Part shown: in pieces, positions 26,121-35,930 of the stretch
How positions within the stretch are numbered: position 1 is the first letter of the stretch
Layout: every line of letters begins with the position of its first letter
DNA from: a virus
Reading direction: 5' to 3' (one strand)
IMG/VR virus record: IMGVR_UViG_3300048014_000057
Coordinates: 64,001 to 128,000 of that record
DNA: 64,000 nt
The notes under the pieces: generated by a model
What the model was told of the DNA's origin: nothing
Seen by the model: the letters and a program-made list of their open reading frames with translations, nothing else
Database searches by the model: none
Position numbers and translations under genes: made by a program

Positions 26121-26375
26121 ATGATTACTATTTATACTAAAAAATATTGTGAATGGTGTGATAAAGCCAAAGAATTATTAAATTCTCTTTCTATTCCTTT
26201 TTCCGAATACAAAATTGGAGAAGACATTCCTCGTGAATGGATATTAAATACTTTTCCTACCATGCATACAGTTCCTATTATTCTATATAAAAATCAATTA
26301 ATAGGAGGATATCAGGATTTACTACATGAAATAAATACTAATATACATTTTGGAAAAACATTATTATTAGAATAA
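26121..26375 (+). CDS. nrdC: Glutaredoxin
   Basis: IYTK..CEWC..AK, TVP.I, IGGY. Confidence 0.85.
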   Translation: MITIYTKKYCEWCDKAKELLNSLSIPFSEYKIGEDIPREWILNTFPTMHTVPIILYKNQLIGGYQDLLHEINTNIHFGKTLLLE

Positions 26376-26405
26376 AAATTTAATAAGAACGTAATTTTTA
26401 TACTT

Positions 26406-26440
26406 AAAAGACCTAGGAGAAATCTTAGGTCTTTTTTTTT
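26406..26440 (+). terminator. Rho-independent terminator
   Basis: aaaagacctagga-gaaa-tcttaggtctttt followed by a T run. Confidence 0.85.
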
Positions 26441-26469
26441 ATTTTATATTATAATAAATATATTAAAAA

Positions 26470-26784
26470 ATGGAGTTTAAATTGGAAGTTCAAAATCAAA
26501 AATCAAATACAAATACTAAAGATACTTTAAAAAAAAGAATAACTCGTGTGATCATAAATCCACAAATTAAAGAAAAAATAAATGATAATTGTATAAAAAT
26601 AATAGAAAGTTATTTAAAAAAAGAAGATTTTAATCCTTTAGATTCTGATAAAAATTTAGATTCTGATCCTGATAATGCTGTATCCGATCCATATAAAGTT
26701 TTGGGTAATCCAAAAGCGTCTTTAGAATTAAAAGATTTGGCATATAAAATAATAACAATTCGTTCTTGTAATGATTTAGGATAA
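26470..26784 (+). CDS. Hypothetical late protein
   Basis: Follows AATAAATA at 26453. Confidence 0.6.
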   Translation: MEFKLEVQNQKSNTNTKDTLKKRITRVIINPQIKEKINDNCIKIIESYLKKEDFNPLDSDKNLDSDPDNAVSDPYKVLGNPKASLELKDLAYKIITIRSCNDLG

Positions 26785-26834
26785 TTATACCAAAATAATA
26801 AATAGAATAAATAATTAAAAGGAAAAAAAAATAA

Positions 26835-27428
26835 ATGAGTCGTTGGGGAACATCAGATTATTCAAATAATACTTCTAAACAATATGCATTAGATACTTTT
26901 AATAAAGGTAATAATGCAATTGCAAATGGGAGTGCTCTTTATCATAATACTACCCCATCAGCCTTTACTAATGGAATGGTTCAAGGTTTATATGGTGTTA
27001 CTAATACAATGGTACAAGCCGCACAGGCAAATCATGCTACTCTTTTAAGTCAACCGGGATGGACTTTAGTTAGACAAGGTACTGGTCCTGTTCTAACAAT
27101 TACAGCTTCTCCTGGTGGTACTTCCTATAATAATACTGATGTTCTTACAATTTCAGGTAATGGTTGTGTAAATTGTACTTCTAATCCTGTTACTAATTCT
27201 ACTGGTGGTATTCTTTCATTTACAAATATTGTTCCTGGATTTGGATTTCCTAATACAGCCTATGTAACCAAAGCATTTGCAAATTCTACTGGTGGGGCTT
27301 CTTCTGGTTCTGGTGCTACCGTAGTTATTACTTTAGGTGGACGTGCAGGAAGAATTAATAGAGAAGTTTTAGTTGCTACAGGATCAATGATAAATGGAAA
27401 TGCTAGTTCACTTTTTCCAACTTCATAG
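26835..27428 (+). CDS. Putative virion structural protein (S/T/G/N-rich)
   Basis: MS.WG..D start, GW...R.GTG, GRAGRI.REVLVA. Confidence 0.65.
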   Translation: MSRWGTSDYSNNTSKQYALDTFNKGNNAIANGSALYHNTTPSAFTNGMVQGLYGVTNTMVQAAQANHATLLSQPGWTLVRQGTGPVLTITASPGGTSYNNTDVLTISGNGCVNCTSNPVTNSTGGILSFTNIVPGFGFPNTAYVTKAFANSTGGASSGSGATVVITLGGRAGRINREVLVATGSMINGNASSLFPTS

Positions 27429-27453
27429 TTTTCTTTATAATTGAAAGAATCTA

Positions 27454-27747
27454 ATGTCTGGTAATAATTCAACAAGATTATCACAATTACAACCAAAATT
27501 ATATGCAGATGCTTCTGATCAATTAGTAGCATATTCAAATATTTCGTCTAATGACGTTTTAATTTCAGTTTCTAATTTATATTATAATACTACTTTATAT
27601 GTTAATAAAGTAGTATTACTTCAAAATAATACTCCTGCTAATTCATCTATAAATTCAATTACTAACAATATTTGGTCTGATGGTAATTATATATATGTTG
27701 CCACTGGAAATAATTCGGTTAAACGTGTTGCTCTAACTTCTTTCTAA
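27454..27747 (+). CDS. Putative virion protein
   Basis: C-terminal TPANS...W.D.NYIYVA...N..KRVAL..F motif. Confidence 0.6.
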   Translation: MSGNNSTRLSQLQPKLYADASDQLVAYSNISSNDVLISVSNLYYNTTLYVNKVVLLQNNTPANSSINSITNNIWSDGNYIYVATGNNSVKRVALTSF

Positions 27748-27765
27748 TTTATAAAGGAAAAATAA

Positions 27766-28161
27766 ATGTTACTTTCAGAAATTGAAAAATTAAATAAAAT
27801 ATCTCTTAAAATGTTACAAGATGAACCTCTTAACGAAGCCTATCATAAAGATGATCGATCTGCTTTAGATGAAATTAAAAAATTAATGAATCATCATACT
27901 GAAATGCAGATGCGTCATAAAGCCATGATGAATGGTTCCAAAGATAAAGACATGAGTAAACATGATCTTTGTTGTATGGCTCATTCTTTTGCCTGTAAAC
28001 ATTATGGAAATTTAGGAGCAAATGCTTATAATTATGGTGAATATGGTAATGGATTGCCACAAGATTATCATATAAATAAAGAATTTTATGATAAATTAAA
28101 TACAATGGTTTCTAAAAATGCTGATCAAAAATCAAAAGAATGTGGTGTAAATTGTGAATAA
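27766..28161 (+). CDS. Hypothetical late protein (possible internal head protein)
   Basis: SD AAGGA; LNEA resembles a prohead-protease site; His/Met/Cys-rich. Confidence 0.55.
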   Translation: MLLSEIEKLNKISLKMLQDEPLNEAYHKDDRSALDEIKKLMNHHTEMQMRHKAMMNGSKDKDMSKHDLCCMAHSFACKHYGNLGANAYNYGEYGNGLPQDYHINKEFYDKLNTMVSKNADQKSKECGVNCE

Positions 28162-28164
28162 TGA

Positions 28165-28560
28165 ATGGAAAATTTAACAGAAGAAAATTTTTTAGTATTA
28201 TGTGCCAAAAATTATAAAAATACTCAATGTTATTCTACTGAAGAATTTTTAGATGATATAAAAAGATTTAAATACTTAAAAAAAATATTTACTAGATATT
28301 CAAAAACAAACATTATAGATGAAAGGCTTGTTTTAAATCATATAATCATCTTAAATAATGTTTTTTATTCAAAATTTTTATGTCGTATATTTTTTCTAAA
28401 AATGCCTGATCAAATAAAATATATAAAACCATTTCTTTTATATTTAAATATTCTTCCTGAAGATGTTGAAAATGTCAATGGTATAAATTATAATACTATT
28501 GACATACCCATGGATGAAAAAATAATAAAAAAACTTAGGGAATTTAACAAAAAAATTTAA
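28165..28560 (+). CDS. Conserved T4-like hypothetical protein
   Basis: LTEENF....AKNY...C...EF.DD.KRFKY.K, RLVLNHII.L.NVF. Confidence 0.75.
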   Translation: MENLTEENFLVLCAKNYKNTQCYSTEEFLDDIKRFKYLKKIFTRYSKTNIIDERLVLNHIIILNNVFYSKFLCRIFFLKMPDQIKYIKPFLLYLNILPEDVENVNGINYNTIDIPMDEKIIKKLREFNKKI

Positions 28561-28588
28561 ATAAATAATATAAAAGAAAGATGAAAAA

Positions 28589-28894
28589 ATGTTTTCTATA
28601 AATGAAATTAGTAAAGAAATACTAGATAAATTTATTAAAGATGCTCTTGAAAAGCATATGAAAACTTATATTGATGGACATACAAAAAAATCTTTATTAA
28701 TTAAACATATAAAAGATCAAAAAAAAGTTAAAGAAAAAAAATTATTTGATGAATCTGTAATAAAAGAAGAAGAACCTACAAATGTTATGGGTAATTCTTC
28801 TTCTAGTCAAGGTCCAATACAAACATTTGATCCTTTATTAGGAAATATAAAAAAAATAATTAAAAGAAAAATTAAAAAGAAAGATGTTATATAA
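28589..28894 (+). CDS. Hypothetical protein (EE.PTN...I..FDPLL motif)
   Basis: Motif common in T4-like genes upstream of the primase. Confidence 0.6.
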   Translation: MFSINEISKEILDKFIKDALEKHMKTYIDGHTKKSLLIKHIKDQKKVKEKKLFDESVIKEEEPTNVMGNSSSSQGPIQTFDPLLGNIKKIIKRKIKKKDVI

Positions 28895-29307
28895 TGGATA
28901 TGACTTCTACTGTAAGTACATCTTTTTTAGGAATGAAATCATTTTTTACAATGATTGGTGGATTTCTTCTCATGATTGGTTCTACCTTAGAGCCTAATGT
29001 TGCAATATGGATAATTTCACTTGGTGGTTCTTTGTTATATATAGCTATTGGTCAAGATCAATCACTTAAAAATATCTTTTTTAATTTGATTATTGGATTG
29101 TTTTTTGGTATATTTGGTTCCCAATTGATGCATATTTGGGAACCTTTATTACCACAAATTGCTGTATCATTTTTTCTTTCAATGTTCGGAGTATCCACAA
29201 CACAATATATATTAAGAAATCTTAAAACAACTTCTTTTGTTGATATTATTTCTGCAATAATTTCTAAAATCATTCCTTGGTCATCGGAAAAATCAGGAAA
29301 AAAATAA
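28894..29307 (+). CDS. Multi-pass membrane protein (holin-like)
   Basis: 3-4 TM helices and a basic C-terminus. Confidence 0.55.
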   Translation: MDMTSTVSTSFLGMKSFFTMIGGFLLMIGSTLEPNVAIWIISLGGSLLYIAIGQDQSLKNIFFNLIIGLFFGIFGSQLMHIWEPLLPQIAVSFFLSMFGVSTTQYILRNLKTTSFVDIISAIISKIIPWSSEKSGKK

Positions 29308-29310
29308 AAA

Positions 29311-29673
29311 ATGACTTTTATACAATCCTTAAATCATTTTGCTTTATATATAATGCCATTAGATATCTGGAATTTTATTGAATCTACTTTTAGTATATTA
29401 TTAGTCATTGCTTGTATTATGCAAAGATCAAAATTAGATATATTTTCTTCATGTTCAACAAGATTATCTAAAACTTCTGTTAAAATTGGACAATTTGCCT
29501 TATATATTCAAATGATGCTAGGGATTTTGACTGCCGTAGATGGTTATTATAATTCTATCGATAATAAAGTTCATATATTACTTGCATTATTTGTTCTTTC
29601 TTCTTCTCTTACAAAATTTTCCGTATATTTAAACTTATTTGAAAAAACTGTTAAAATGGATACAATAGGATAA
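29311..29673 (+). CDS. Membrane protein
   Basis: About three hydrophobic segments. Confidence 0.55.
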   Translation: MTFIQSLNHFALYIMPLDIWNFIESTFSILLVIACIMQRSKLDIFSSCSTRLSKTSVKIGQFALYIQMMLGILTAVDGYYNSIDNKVHILLALFVLSSSLTKFSVYLNLFEKTVKMDTIG

Positions 29674-29736
29674 TTTTTCTTGTTTTTCTATCTAAAATAG
29701 TATAGAATTACCCTCCGATCAAGAAAGGATTATTTT

Positions 29737-30729
29737 GTGAATCATTTACATCATAAATATATTTCATTATTATCTTCTTCTCTCAGAAATTTTCAGAAAA
29801 AATCAGAATCGTTATATAATTTTTCATGTCTATTTTGTGGAGATTCTAAAAAAAATACAAAGCGAGCAAGAGGTTATATATATGAAAAAGATGGAAATGT
29901 TGCATATTTTTGTCAGAAATGTAAAATATCAAAATCATTATCTAACTTTATTAAAGAAATAAACAATTCTTTATATGAAGAATATATAAAAGAATTATAT
30001 TTTGAAAAATATTATGAAGAAGAAAAAATAATTACCAAAAAACCTATTTTTTATGATACTAATATTTTTCAAAATTTGGTCTCAATAAAAAATATAAGTG
30101 AAAATGATCCATATAAAAAATATGTTATTAAAAGAAAAATACCAGAAAAATATTATAATTTATTATTTAAATGTGAAAATTTTAAAAATTTTACTAATAA
30201 TATAATACCAAATCTTTTTAATAAAGAATCTTTGAAAAAAGATGAATCTCGTTTATTAATACTATTCTTCTCAGAAAATAAAAAATTAATAGGTTATACA
30301 GGACGTGCTCTTGGTAATTCTGATATAAGATATATTAATATTGTTATAGATGAATCTCAACCAAAATTATATGGTTTGGAAAGATGGGAAAAAAATAAAA
30401 AAACTTATGTTGTAGAAGGTCCAATAGATTCTTTATTTTTAGATAATTGTCTTGCAACATCGGGTAATGATATGGTATCATCTTTATCCGGTTTTGATAA
30501 AGAAAATTTTGTTATAATTTATGATAATGAACGACGTTCAGAATTTACCAGAAAAAAAATAGAAAGAGCAATTCAGGCTGGTTATAAAGTTTGTATATGG
30601 CCTACCTATATACAAGAAAAAGACATAAATGATATGATAATTTCGGGTAAAACAAAAGAAGAAATAACAAATATTATTGAAGAAAATACTTTTCAAAATA
30701 TTAAAGCTCTTGCTAGATTGATAGTCTAA
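29737..30729 (+). CDS. gp61: DNA primase
   Basis: YNFSCLFCGDS...RARG, C..C zinc finger, VVEGPIDSLF, DNE.R, KDINDM (TOPRIM). Confidence 0.95.
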   Translation: MNHLHHKYISLLSSSLRNFQKKSESLYNFSCLFCGDSKKNTKRARGYIYEKDGNVAYFCQKCKISKSLSNFIKEINNSLYEEYIKELYFEKYYEEEKIITKKPIFYDTNIFQNLVSIKNISENDPYKKYVIKRKIPEKYYNLLFKCENFKNFTNNIIPNLFNKESLKKDESRLLILFFSENKKLIGYTGRALGNSDIRYINIVIDESQPKLYGLERWEKNKKTYVVEGPIDSLFLDNCLATSGNDMVSSLSGFDKENFVIIYDNERRSEFTRKKIERAIQAGYKVCIWPTYIQEKDINDMIISGKTKEEITNIIEENTFQNIKALARLIV

Positions 30730-30772
30730 AAGAGATAAATACAAATTCCATACTAACTTAATTGGAGAAATA

Positions 30773-31609
30773 ATGAAACCTGATGATTTTCAGGCTAAAG
30801 TAATTTTAGCTTCTTGTACCTATAATTCTTATGATCCTCCAATATTTACAATACAAGCTCGTTATCCTCGTATGATACATTCAGAAGTAATAACACATAG
30901 AGTATTTTCGCGTAATGCTAGATCATCTAGGGCTGTTCCTGTATCTAAATTACTTCAAGAGGAAATTTATGTTCCTCATTTTATGAAGAATCAAGCTGGA
31001 ATGCAATCTTTTGAAGAATTTGATTTAGATGAATTAAAAGAAATTGAAAATAAATGGATTAGATTTGCCGAGGAAACACAAAAATTTTCCAAATGGTTAT
31101 CAGATAAAGGTGTCCATAAACAATGGGCTAATCGTCCTGTTGAATGGTTTGGGTATATTGATACTATTATAACTTCAACAGAATGGGATAATTTTTTTTC
31201 TCTTAGACTCCATAAAGATGCCATGCCAGAAATTAAAGAATTGGCTCTCTCTATGGATAAAGAAATTAGAAAAGTAATTGATGAATGTAAATTACAAAAA
31301 TTAAAAAATGGGGAATGGCATATTCCCTATGTATCATTACAAGAAGATTTTGAATTAGAAACAATATTAAAATTATCTGTTGCTCGTTGTGCTAGAATTT
31401 CATATTCTCCTTTTGATGGGAATGCTAGTTTAGAAAAAGAATTTAAAAGATATGAATTATTAAAACAACAAAAACATTGGAGCCCTTTTGAGCATCAAGC
31501 AAAGGTAGCAGATAAAAATGATATATGGACATATGATTTTGGATTAGAATCAAATTTATCCTATCCATGGGTTCAATATCGTAAATTAGTAGAATTAGAG
31601 GAAAAATGA
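30773..31609 (+). CDS. thyX: FAD-dependent thymidylate synthase
   Basis: THRVFSRNARSSRA, HKQWANR, LR...DA.PEI, ARCARISY, HWSPFEH. Confidence 0.9.
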   Translation: MKPDDFQAKVILASCTYNSYDPPIFTIQARYPRMIHSEVITHRVFSRNARSSRAVPVSKLLQEEIYVPHFMKNQAGMQSFEEFDLDELKEIENKWIRFAEETQKFSKWLSDKGVHKQWANRPVEWFGYIDTIITSTEWDNFFSLRLHKDAMPEIKELALSMDKEIRKVIDECKLQKLKNGEWHIPYVSLQEDFELETILKLSVARCARISYSPFDGNASLEKEFKRYELLKQQKHWSPFEHQAKVADKNDIWTYDFGLESNLSYPWVQYRKLVELEEK

Positions 31610-31968
31610 ATATTCCATTTTATTTTGATGTTTTGATGGATGATATAAAAATTTATAGAAATCAAAGAATAGGAACAATTAGTTATGGTTCTAACTTAGA
31701 ATATAAAAAAACATGGGTAGAATATTTTAAATATTATTTTTATAATTATGAAAAAGAATCTTTTAATAGATTTAACTGGTTTCCTAATTTTAACTATATT
31801 ATAATTCATAAAGAATGTAATCCTAGTTTTAGTATTTTAGAAAAAGATATTTTTATTTCACATGAATATATTTTTGGTAAAGATTTTGATGAAGAAGAAT
31901 ATAGAATTAAAAAATTAAATTATTCTGCATGGTATGAAATGCAGAATAGATTAAAATTTCAAATTTAA
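31606..31968 (+). CDS. Hypothetical protein
   Basis: ATGA-coupled ORF. Confidence 0.55.
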   Translation: MNIPFYFDVLMDDIKIYRNQRIGTISYGSNLEYKKTWVEYFKYYFYNYEKESFNRFNWFPNFNYIIIHKECNPSFSILEKDIFISHEYIFGKDFDEEEYRIKKLNYSAWYEMQNRLKFQI

Positions 31969-31981
31969 GGGAGAAAAAAAA

Positions 31982-33727
31982 TTGTTTAAAAATAGTTTAT
32001 ATTCAGAATTTATTTATAAATCAAGATATGCGCGTTATTTAGAAAAAGAAGGTAGAAGAGAAGAATGGTACGAAACTGTTAAAAGATATTTTGATTTTAT
32101 TCAAGAAGGTTTAAAAGAAAAACATAATTTTGATATTTCTTCTTATAGAAAAGAATTAGAAAAAGCTGTATTATGCCATGAAATAATGCCTTCTATGCGA
32201 GGATTGATGTCTGCTGGTCCTGCTGCCAAAAGTAATGAAATTGCTCTTTATAATTGTGTCTTCTTACCAATTGATAATGTAAAATCATTTGATGAAGAAA
32301 TGGCTATTCTAATGAGTGGAACAGGTGTAGGATTTTCAGTTGAATCTCACAATATTAAAAATCTTCCAGAAATTCCAGAAGATTTTTTTGAATCTGAAAC
32401 AATAATAATTTTTAATGATTCTCGTTTAGGATGGGCAAAAGGTTATAGAGAATTTATTTCATTACTTCTTATTGGTCAAATCCCTAAATGGGATGTTTCT
32501 AATTTAAGACCTGCTGGTGCAAGATTAAAAACTATGGGCGGAACAAGCTCAGGACCGGAACCTCTAGTAGATTTATTAAATTTTACTATTAATATTTTCA
32601 AAAAGGCTGCTGGTCGTAAATTAAATTCATTAGAAATACATGATATTGCATGTAAAATTGGTGATATTGTTGTAAGTGGTGGAGTTAGGCGTTCTGCTTT
32701 AATTTCATTATCAGATTTAAATGATATTAAAATGAGAGATGCTAAATCTGGTAATTGGTGGCAAACAAATCCTTATAGAAGATTATCTAATAATTCTGCT
32801 GTTTATGAAGAAAAACCAGATATAAGCACATTTATGACAGAATGGTTAAGTTTATATAATTCACATTCTGGTGAAAGAGGAATTATTTCAAGAGAAGCTA
32901 TTAGAAATGTAATTGAAAATTCTAATTTTTATAGAACAAATCGTATTAATATTCCAGGATACGAAATTAGAACAAGAGATAAAAATTATGATTGGGGAGT
33001 AAACCCGTGTTGTGAAATAATATTAAGACCATATGAATTTTGTAATTTGACTTCTGTTCAAATTTATGAAGATGATACGCCTGAAACTCTTAAAAGAAAG
33101 ATTAGACTTGCTACTATTCTTGGTACATTTCAATCTTGTTTTACTAATTTTAGATATTTAAATAAAAAATATAAAAAAAATTGTGATGATGAAAGATTAT
33201 TAGGAGTTTCATTAAATGGTATATTTGATAACAAATATACCAATAAAAAATATTTTCTTGAAGAATATGAAGAATTTAGTCAATCTAAATTTTATAATTT
33301 TCTTGAAAGTCTTAAATCAGAAGCAATTGAAACTAATATAAAATTAGCCAAAGATATTGGTATTAATTCATCTGTTGCCATTACTTGTGTGAAGCCTGAA
33401 GGTTGTGTATCATTAGATACAAAGATTAAAACTAAAAATGGAATATTAAATATGGCTGAAATATTTTCTGAATTAACATCAGAAAATATATTTGAAATTG
33501 GTAATGGTGTCTGGATAGAACCAGAAAATATTATAACTGTATATGATGAAAATAATAACGAAAAAAATATTACTAAATTATTTGTAAATGGATTAAGTCC
33601 TGTTTATGAAATTGAATTCGAAGATGGTGTTATTGTAAAACTTACAAAAAATCATCAATTAAAAACAAAAAATGGATATAAAAAAGCAAAAGATTTATCA
33701 GAAAATGATGAAATTATTGCTTGGTAA
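31982..33727 (+). CDS. nrdJ: Class II (B12-dependent) ribonucleotide reductase, N-terminal part fused to the N-fragment of a split intein
   Basis: PSMRGLM, YNC, GTGVGFSVE, GGVRRSALISLSD, NPCCEI, FCNLT, TCVKPEG|C. Confidence 0.93.
   Translation: MFKNSLYSEFIYKSRYARYLEKEGRREEWYETVKRYFDFIQEGLKEKHNFDISSYRKELEKAVLCHEIMPSMRGLMSAGPAAKSNEIALYNCVFLPIDNVKSFDEEMAILMSGTGVGFSVESHNIKNLPEIPEDFFESETIIIFNDSRLGWAKGYREFISLLLIGQIPKWDVSNLRPAGARLKTMGGTSSGPEPLVDLLNFTINIFKKAAGRKLNSLEIHDIACKIGDIVVSGGVRRSALISLSDLNDIKMRDAKSGNWWQTNPYRRLSNNSAVYEEKPDISTFMTEWLSLYNSHSGERGIISREAIRNVIENSNFYRTNRINIPGYEIRTRDKNYDWGVNPCCEIILRPYEFCNLTSVQIYEDDTPETLKRKIRLATILGTFQSCFTNFRYLNKKYKKNCDDERLLGVSLNGIFDNKYTNKKYFLEEYEEFSQSKFYNFLESLKSEAIETNIKLAKDIGINSSVAITCVKPEGCVSLDTKIKTKNGILNMAEIFSELTSENIFEIGNGVWIEPENIITVYDENNNEKNITKLFVNGLSPVYEIEFEDGVIVKLTKNHQLKTKNGYKKAKDLSENDEIIAW
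33404..33724 (+). mobile_element. Split intein N-fragment (107 aa)
   Basis: CVSLDTKIKTKNG (block A), FEDG...KLTKNHQL (block B), acidic end DLSENDEIIAW*. Confidence 0.93.
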
Positions 33728-33751
33728 ATATTAAACACAGGAAAAAAAGAA

Positions 33752-33856
33752 ATGAAAATAAAAAAAATTAAAATATTAGAACCAGAACTTACAGTAGATA
33801 TAGAAGTAGAAGATACACACACTTATCAATTAGAAAATGGAGTTGTTAGTCATAAT
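33752..33856 (+). mobile_element. Split intein C-fragment (35 aa)
   Basis: MKIKKIKILEPELTVDIEVEDTHTYQLENGVVSHN|T; has its own SD AGGA. Confidence 0.93.
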
Positions 33857-34417
33857 ACAACTGCTGCTTACAACGGTACTTCTTCGGGAATTCATCCTTC
33901 TTATTCTCCTTATTATATTAGATATGTAAGAAACGATAAAAAAGACCCTCTTACTAATTTTATGATTAATAATGGATTTCCTTGGGAAGTAGATGTATAT
34001 GATCCTAATAATGTTGTATGTTTTAAATTTCCTATTAAATCTGCTTCTACTTCTGTTTCAAGAAAAGAATTAAGTGCGATTGAACATCTTGAAATTTGGT
34101 TAGAATATCAAAAATATTATTGTGAACATAAACCTTCTGTTACTATTTCTGTTAAAGAAGATGAATGGATGGAAGTTGGTGCATGGGTTTATAAAAATTT
34201 TGAATGGATGAGTGGAGTATCATTTTTACCAGCAGAAGAAGGTTCTACAGTTTATAAACAAGCACCTTTTACAGAATGTAATGAAGATCAATATAATGAA
34301 TTATTAAATAAAATGCCAGAAAATATTGATTGGAAAAAATTAGTAGAATTTGAATTAGAAAACTCGACTACAAATTCTAAAGAATTGGCGTGCGTTTCTG
34401 GTGGATGTGAAATATAA
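33752..34417 (+). CDS. nrdJ: Split intein C-fragment plus C-terminal part of the class II RNR
   Basis: SHN|TTAAYNGTSSGIHP, CEHKPSVT, GVSFLP, YKQAPF, terminal LACVSGGCEI. Confidence 0.93.
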   Translation: MKIKKIKILEPELTVDIEVEDTHTYQLENGVVSHNTTAAYNGTSSGIHPSYSPYYIRYVRNDKKDPLTNFMINNGFPWEVDVYDPNNVVCFKFPIKSASTSVSRKELSAIEHLEIWLEYQKYYCEHKPSVTISVKEDEWMEVGAWVYKNFEWMSGVSFLPAEEGSTVYKQAPFTECNEDQYNELLNKMPENIDWKKLVEFELENSTTNSKELACVSGGCEI

Positions 34418-35122
34418 ATGCGATACATGGGTAGCAAAAATAGACATTCTAAAGAGCTATTAAATATTATGCTTGCAGACAGAAAATATGATCAATGGTG
34501 GGTTGAACCATTTGTAGGAGGTTTTAATATTATTAATAAAGTAGAAGGAAAAAGATTAGCAAATGACATTAATCCATATTTAATAGCACTTTTTAGAGCT
34601 ATTCAGACAGGATGGATTCCACCTGATAATATAAGTGAAAATGAATATAAAGATATTAAAGAAAATAAAGAAAAATATCCTTTAGAATTAGTAGGTTTTG
34701 TTGGATTTGGTTGTTCGTTTGGTGGGAAGTGGTGGGGTGGTTATGCCAGAGGAAATGATGTAAATGGTCAACCTAGGAATTATTGTCTTGAGAGTAAGAA
34801 AAATATTTTAAAACAAGTCCCTAAGATTAATGGGGTTATCATCACTTACCAAGAATATTATGATTTAAAAATTCCTGATAATTCAATAATTTATTGTGAT
34901 CCTCCTTATTGGGGAACTACAGGATATAAAAATAAATTCGATCATGTGTTTTTTTGGGATTGGGTTAGAAATTTATCGACTATAGGACATTCTGTTTTTG
35001 TTAGTGAATATAGTGCGCCTGATGATTTTAAATGTATTTGGGAAAAGAAAGTTAATAATACATTAGTAAAAGAAACGGGTTCAAAACAAGGTATTGAACG
35101 TCTTTTTTATAAAAAAATATAA
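34418..35122 (+). CDS. DNA adenine methyltransferase (D12 class)
   Basis: YMGSK, EPFVGG, NDIN, YCDPPY, VSEY. Confidence 0.9.
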   Translation: MRYMGSKNRHSKELLNIMLADRKYDQWWVEPFVGGFNIINKVEGKRLANDINPYLIALFRAIQTGWIPPDNISENEYKDIKENKEKYPLELVGFVGFGCSFGGKWWGGYARGNDVNGQPRNYCLESKKNILKQVPKINGVIITYQEYYDLKIPDNSIIYCDPPYWGTTGYKNKFDHVFFWDWVRNLSTIGHSVFVSEYSAPDDFKCIWEKKVNNTLVKETGSKQGIERLFYKKI

Positions 35123-35142
35123 ATTAAGGAGTATTATTTCAC

Positions 35143-35337
35143 ATGAAAAAATATAAACATAAAAAAAGAAATTCCGTTTATTCTATTTTAACTATAGGAA
35201 CATTTCAATGTTCTGATAAAAATTTAGATAATACAGAAGTAGTGATTTATAGAGATATTAAAGATTTAAAAATATGGGTAAGACCAAAAGATGAATTTTT
35301 TGATGGTAGATTTGAAGAAATAAAGGACAATGAATGA
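35143..35337 (+). CDS. DUF1653-like protein
   Basis: YKHKK...Y, VVIYR, WVRP..EF.DGRF. Confidence 0.75.
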   Translation: MKKYKHKKRNSVYSILTIGTFQCSDKNLDNTEVVIYRDIKDLKIWVRPKDEFFDGRFEEIKDNE

Positions 35338-35753
35338 AATTTTTAACTTTAATATTATTTTTAGGACTTACTGTTAATGCTTCGGCTAATGGTAGATATC
35401 CTATAACAGAAGGACATTTTGAAAATTTAGGAAAAGTAGTGATCGATATAAAAAATTCTATCGATCATGATTTTGTTATGTTATCATCTTGGTATGGATA
35501 TGAATCTGGTAAATTTATGGCTAATGGAAAAAAATGGAATCCAGAAGCCTTGACTGTAGCTCATAGAACAATTCCTTTTGGTACTAAAATAAAAATTACA
35601 AATATTAAAAATGGTAAAAGTGTCATTGCAATTGTTACTGATCGTGGTCCTGCAAAATGGACTGATAGACAGTTAGACGTTTCTATGAAAATAGCAAAGA
35701 TTCTAGGATTTAAAAATGCAGGAATAACCAAAGTTCGAGTAAAAATACTATAA
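35334..35753 (+). CDS. RlpA-like (DPBB) lytic transglycosylase with signal peptide
   Basis: SWYG, ANG......LT.AHRT.PFGT, V.DRGP....R.LDVS. Confidence 0.88.
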   Translation: MKFLTLILFLGLTVNASANGRYPITEGHFENLGKVVIDIKNSIDHDFVMLSSWYGYESGKFMANGKKWNPEALTVAHRTIPFGTKIKITNIKNGKSVIAIVTDRGPAKWTDRQLDVSMKIAKILGFKNAGITKVRVKIL

Positions 35754-35930
35754 ATAATAATGCATCTAAAAATTTTATAAGAAATGAAAATTATGATTGG
35801 ATTGGAGTCATAAATTATGATACTATTCAAGGTCTAAAGGCAAAGGGAATAATAACAAAAAAACCTTCTGCATTTCCAGGAATTAAAAATGAGGGATGTC
35901 ATATTCCCCTTAGAAGATAAGGATTAATAA

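Noticed and set aside
34415-34420. In-frame TAA-ATG junctions (nrdJ to methylase; also 49444-49449) as read-through fusions
   Set aside because: Both sides are complete, unrelated proteins; this is ordinary tight gene packing.
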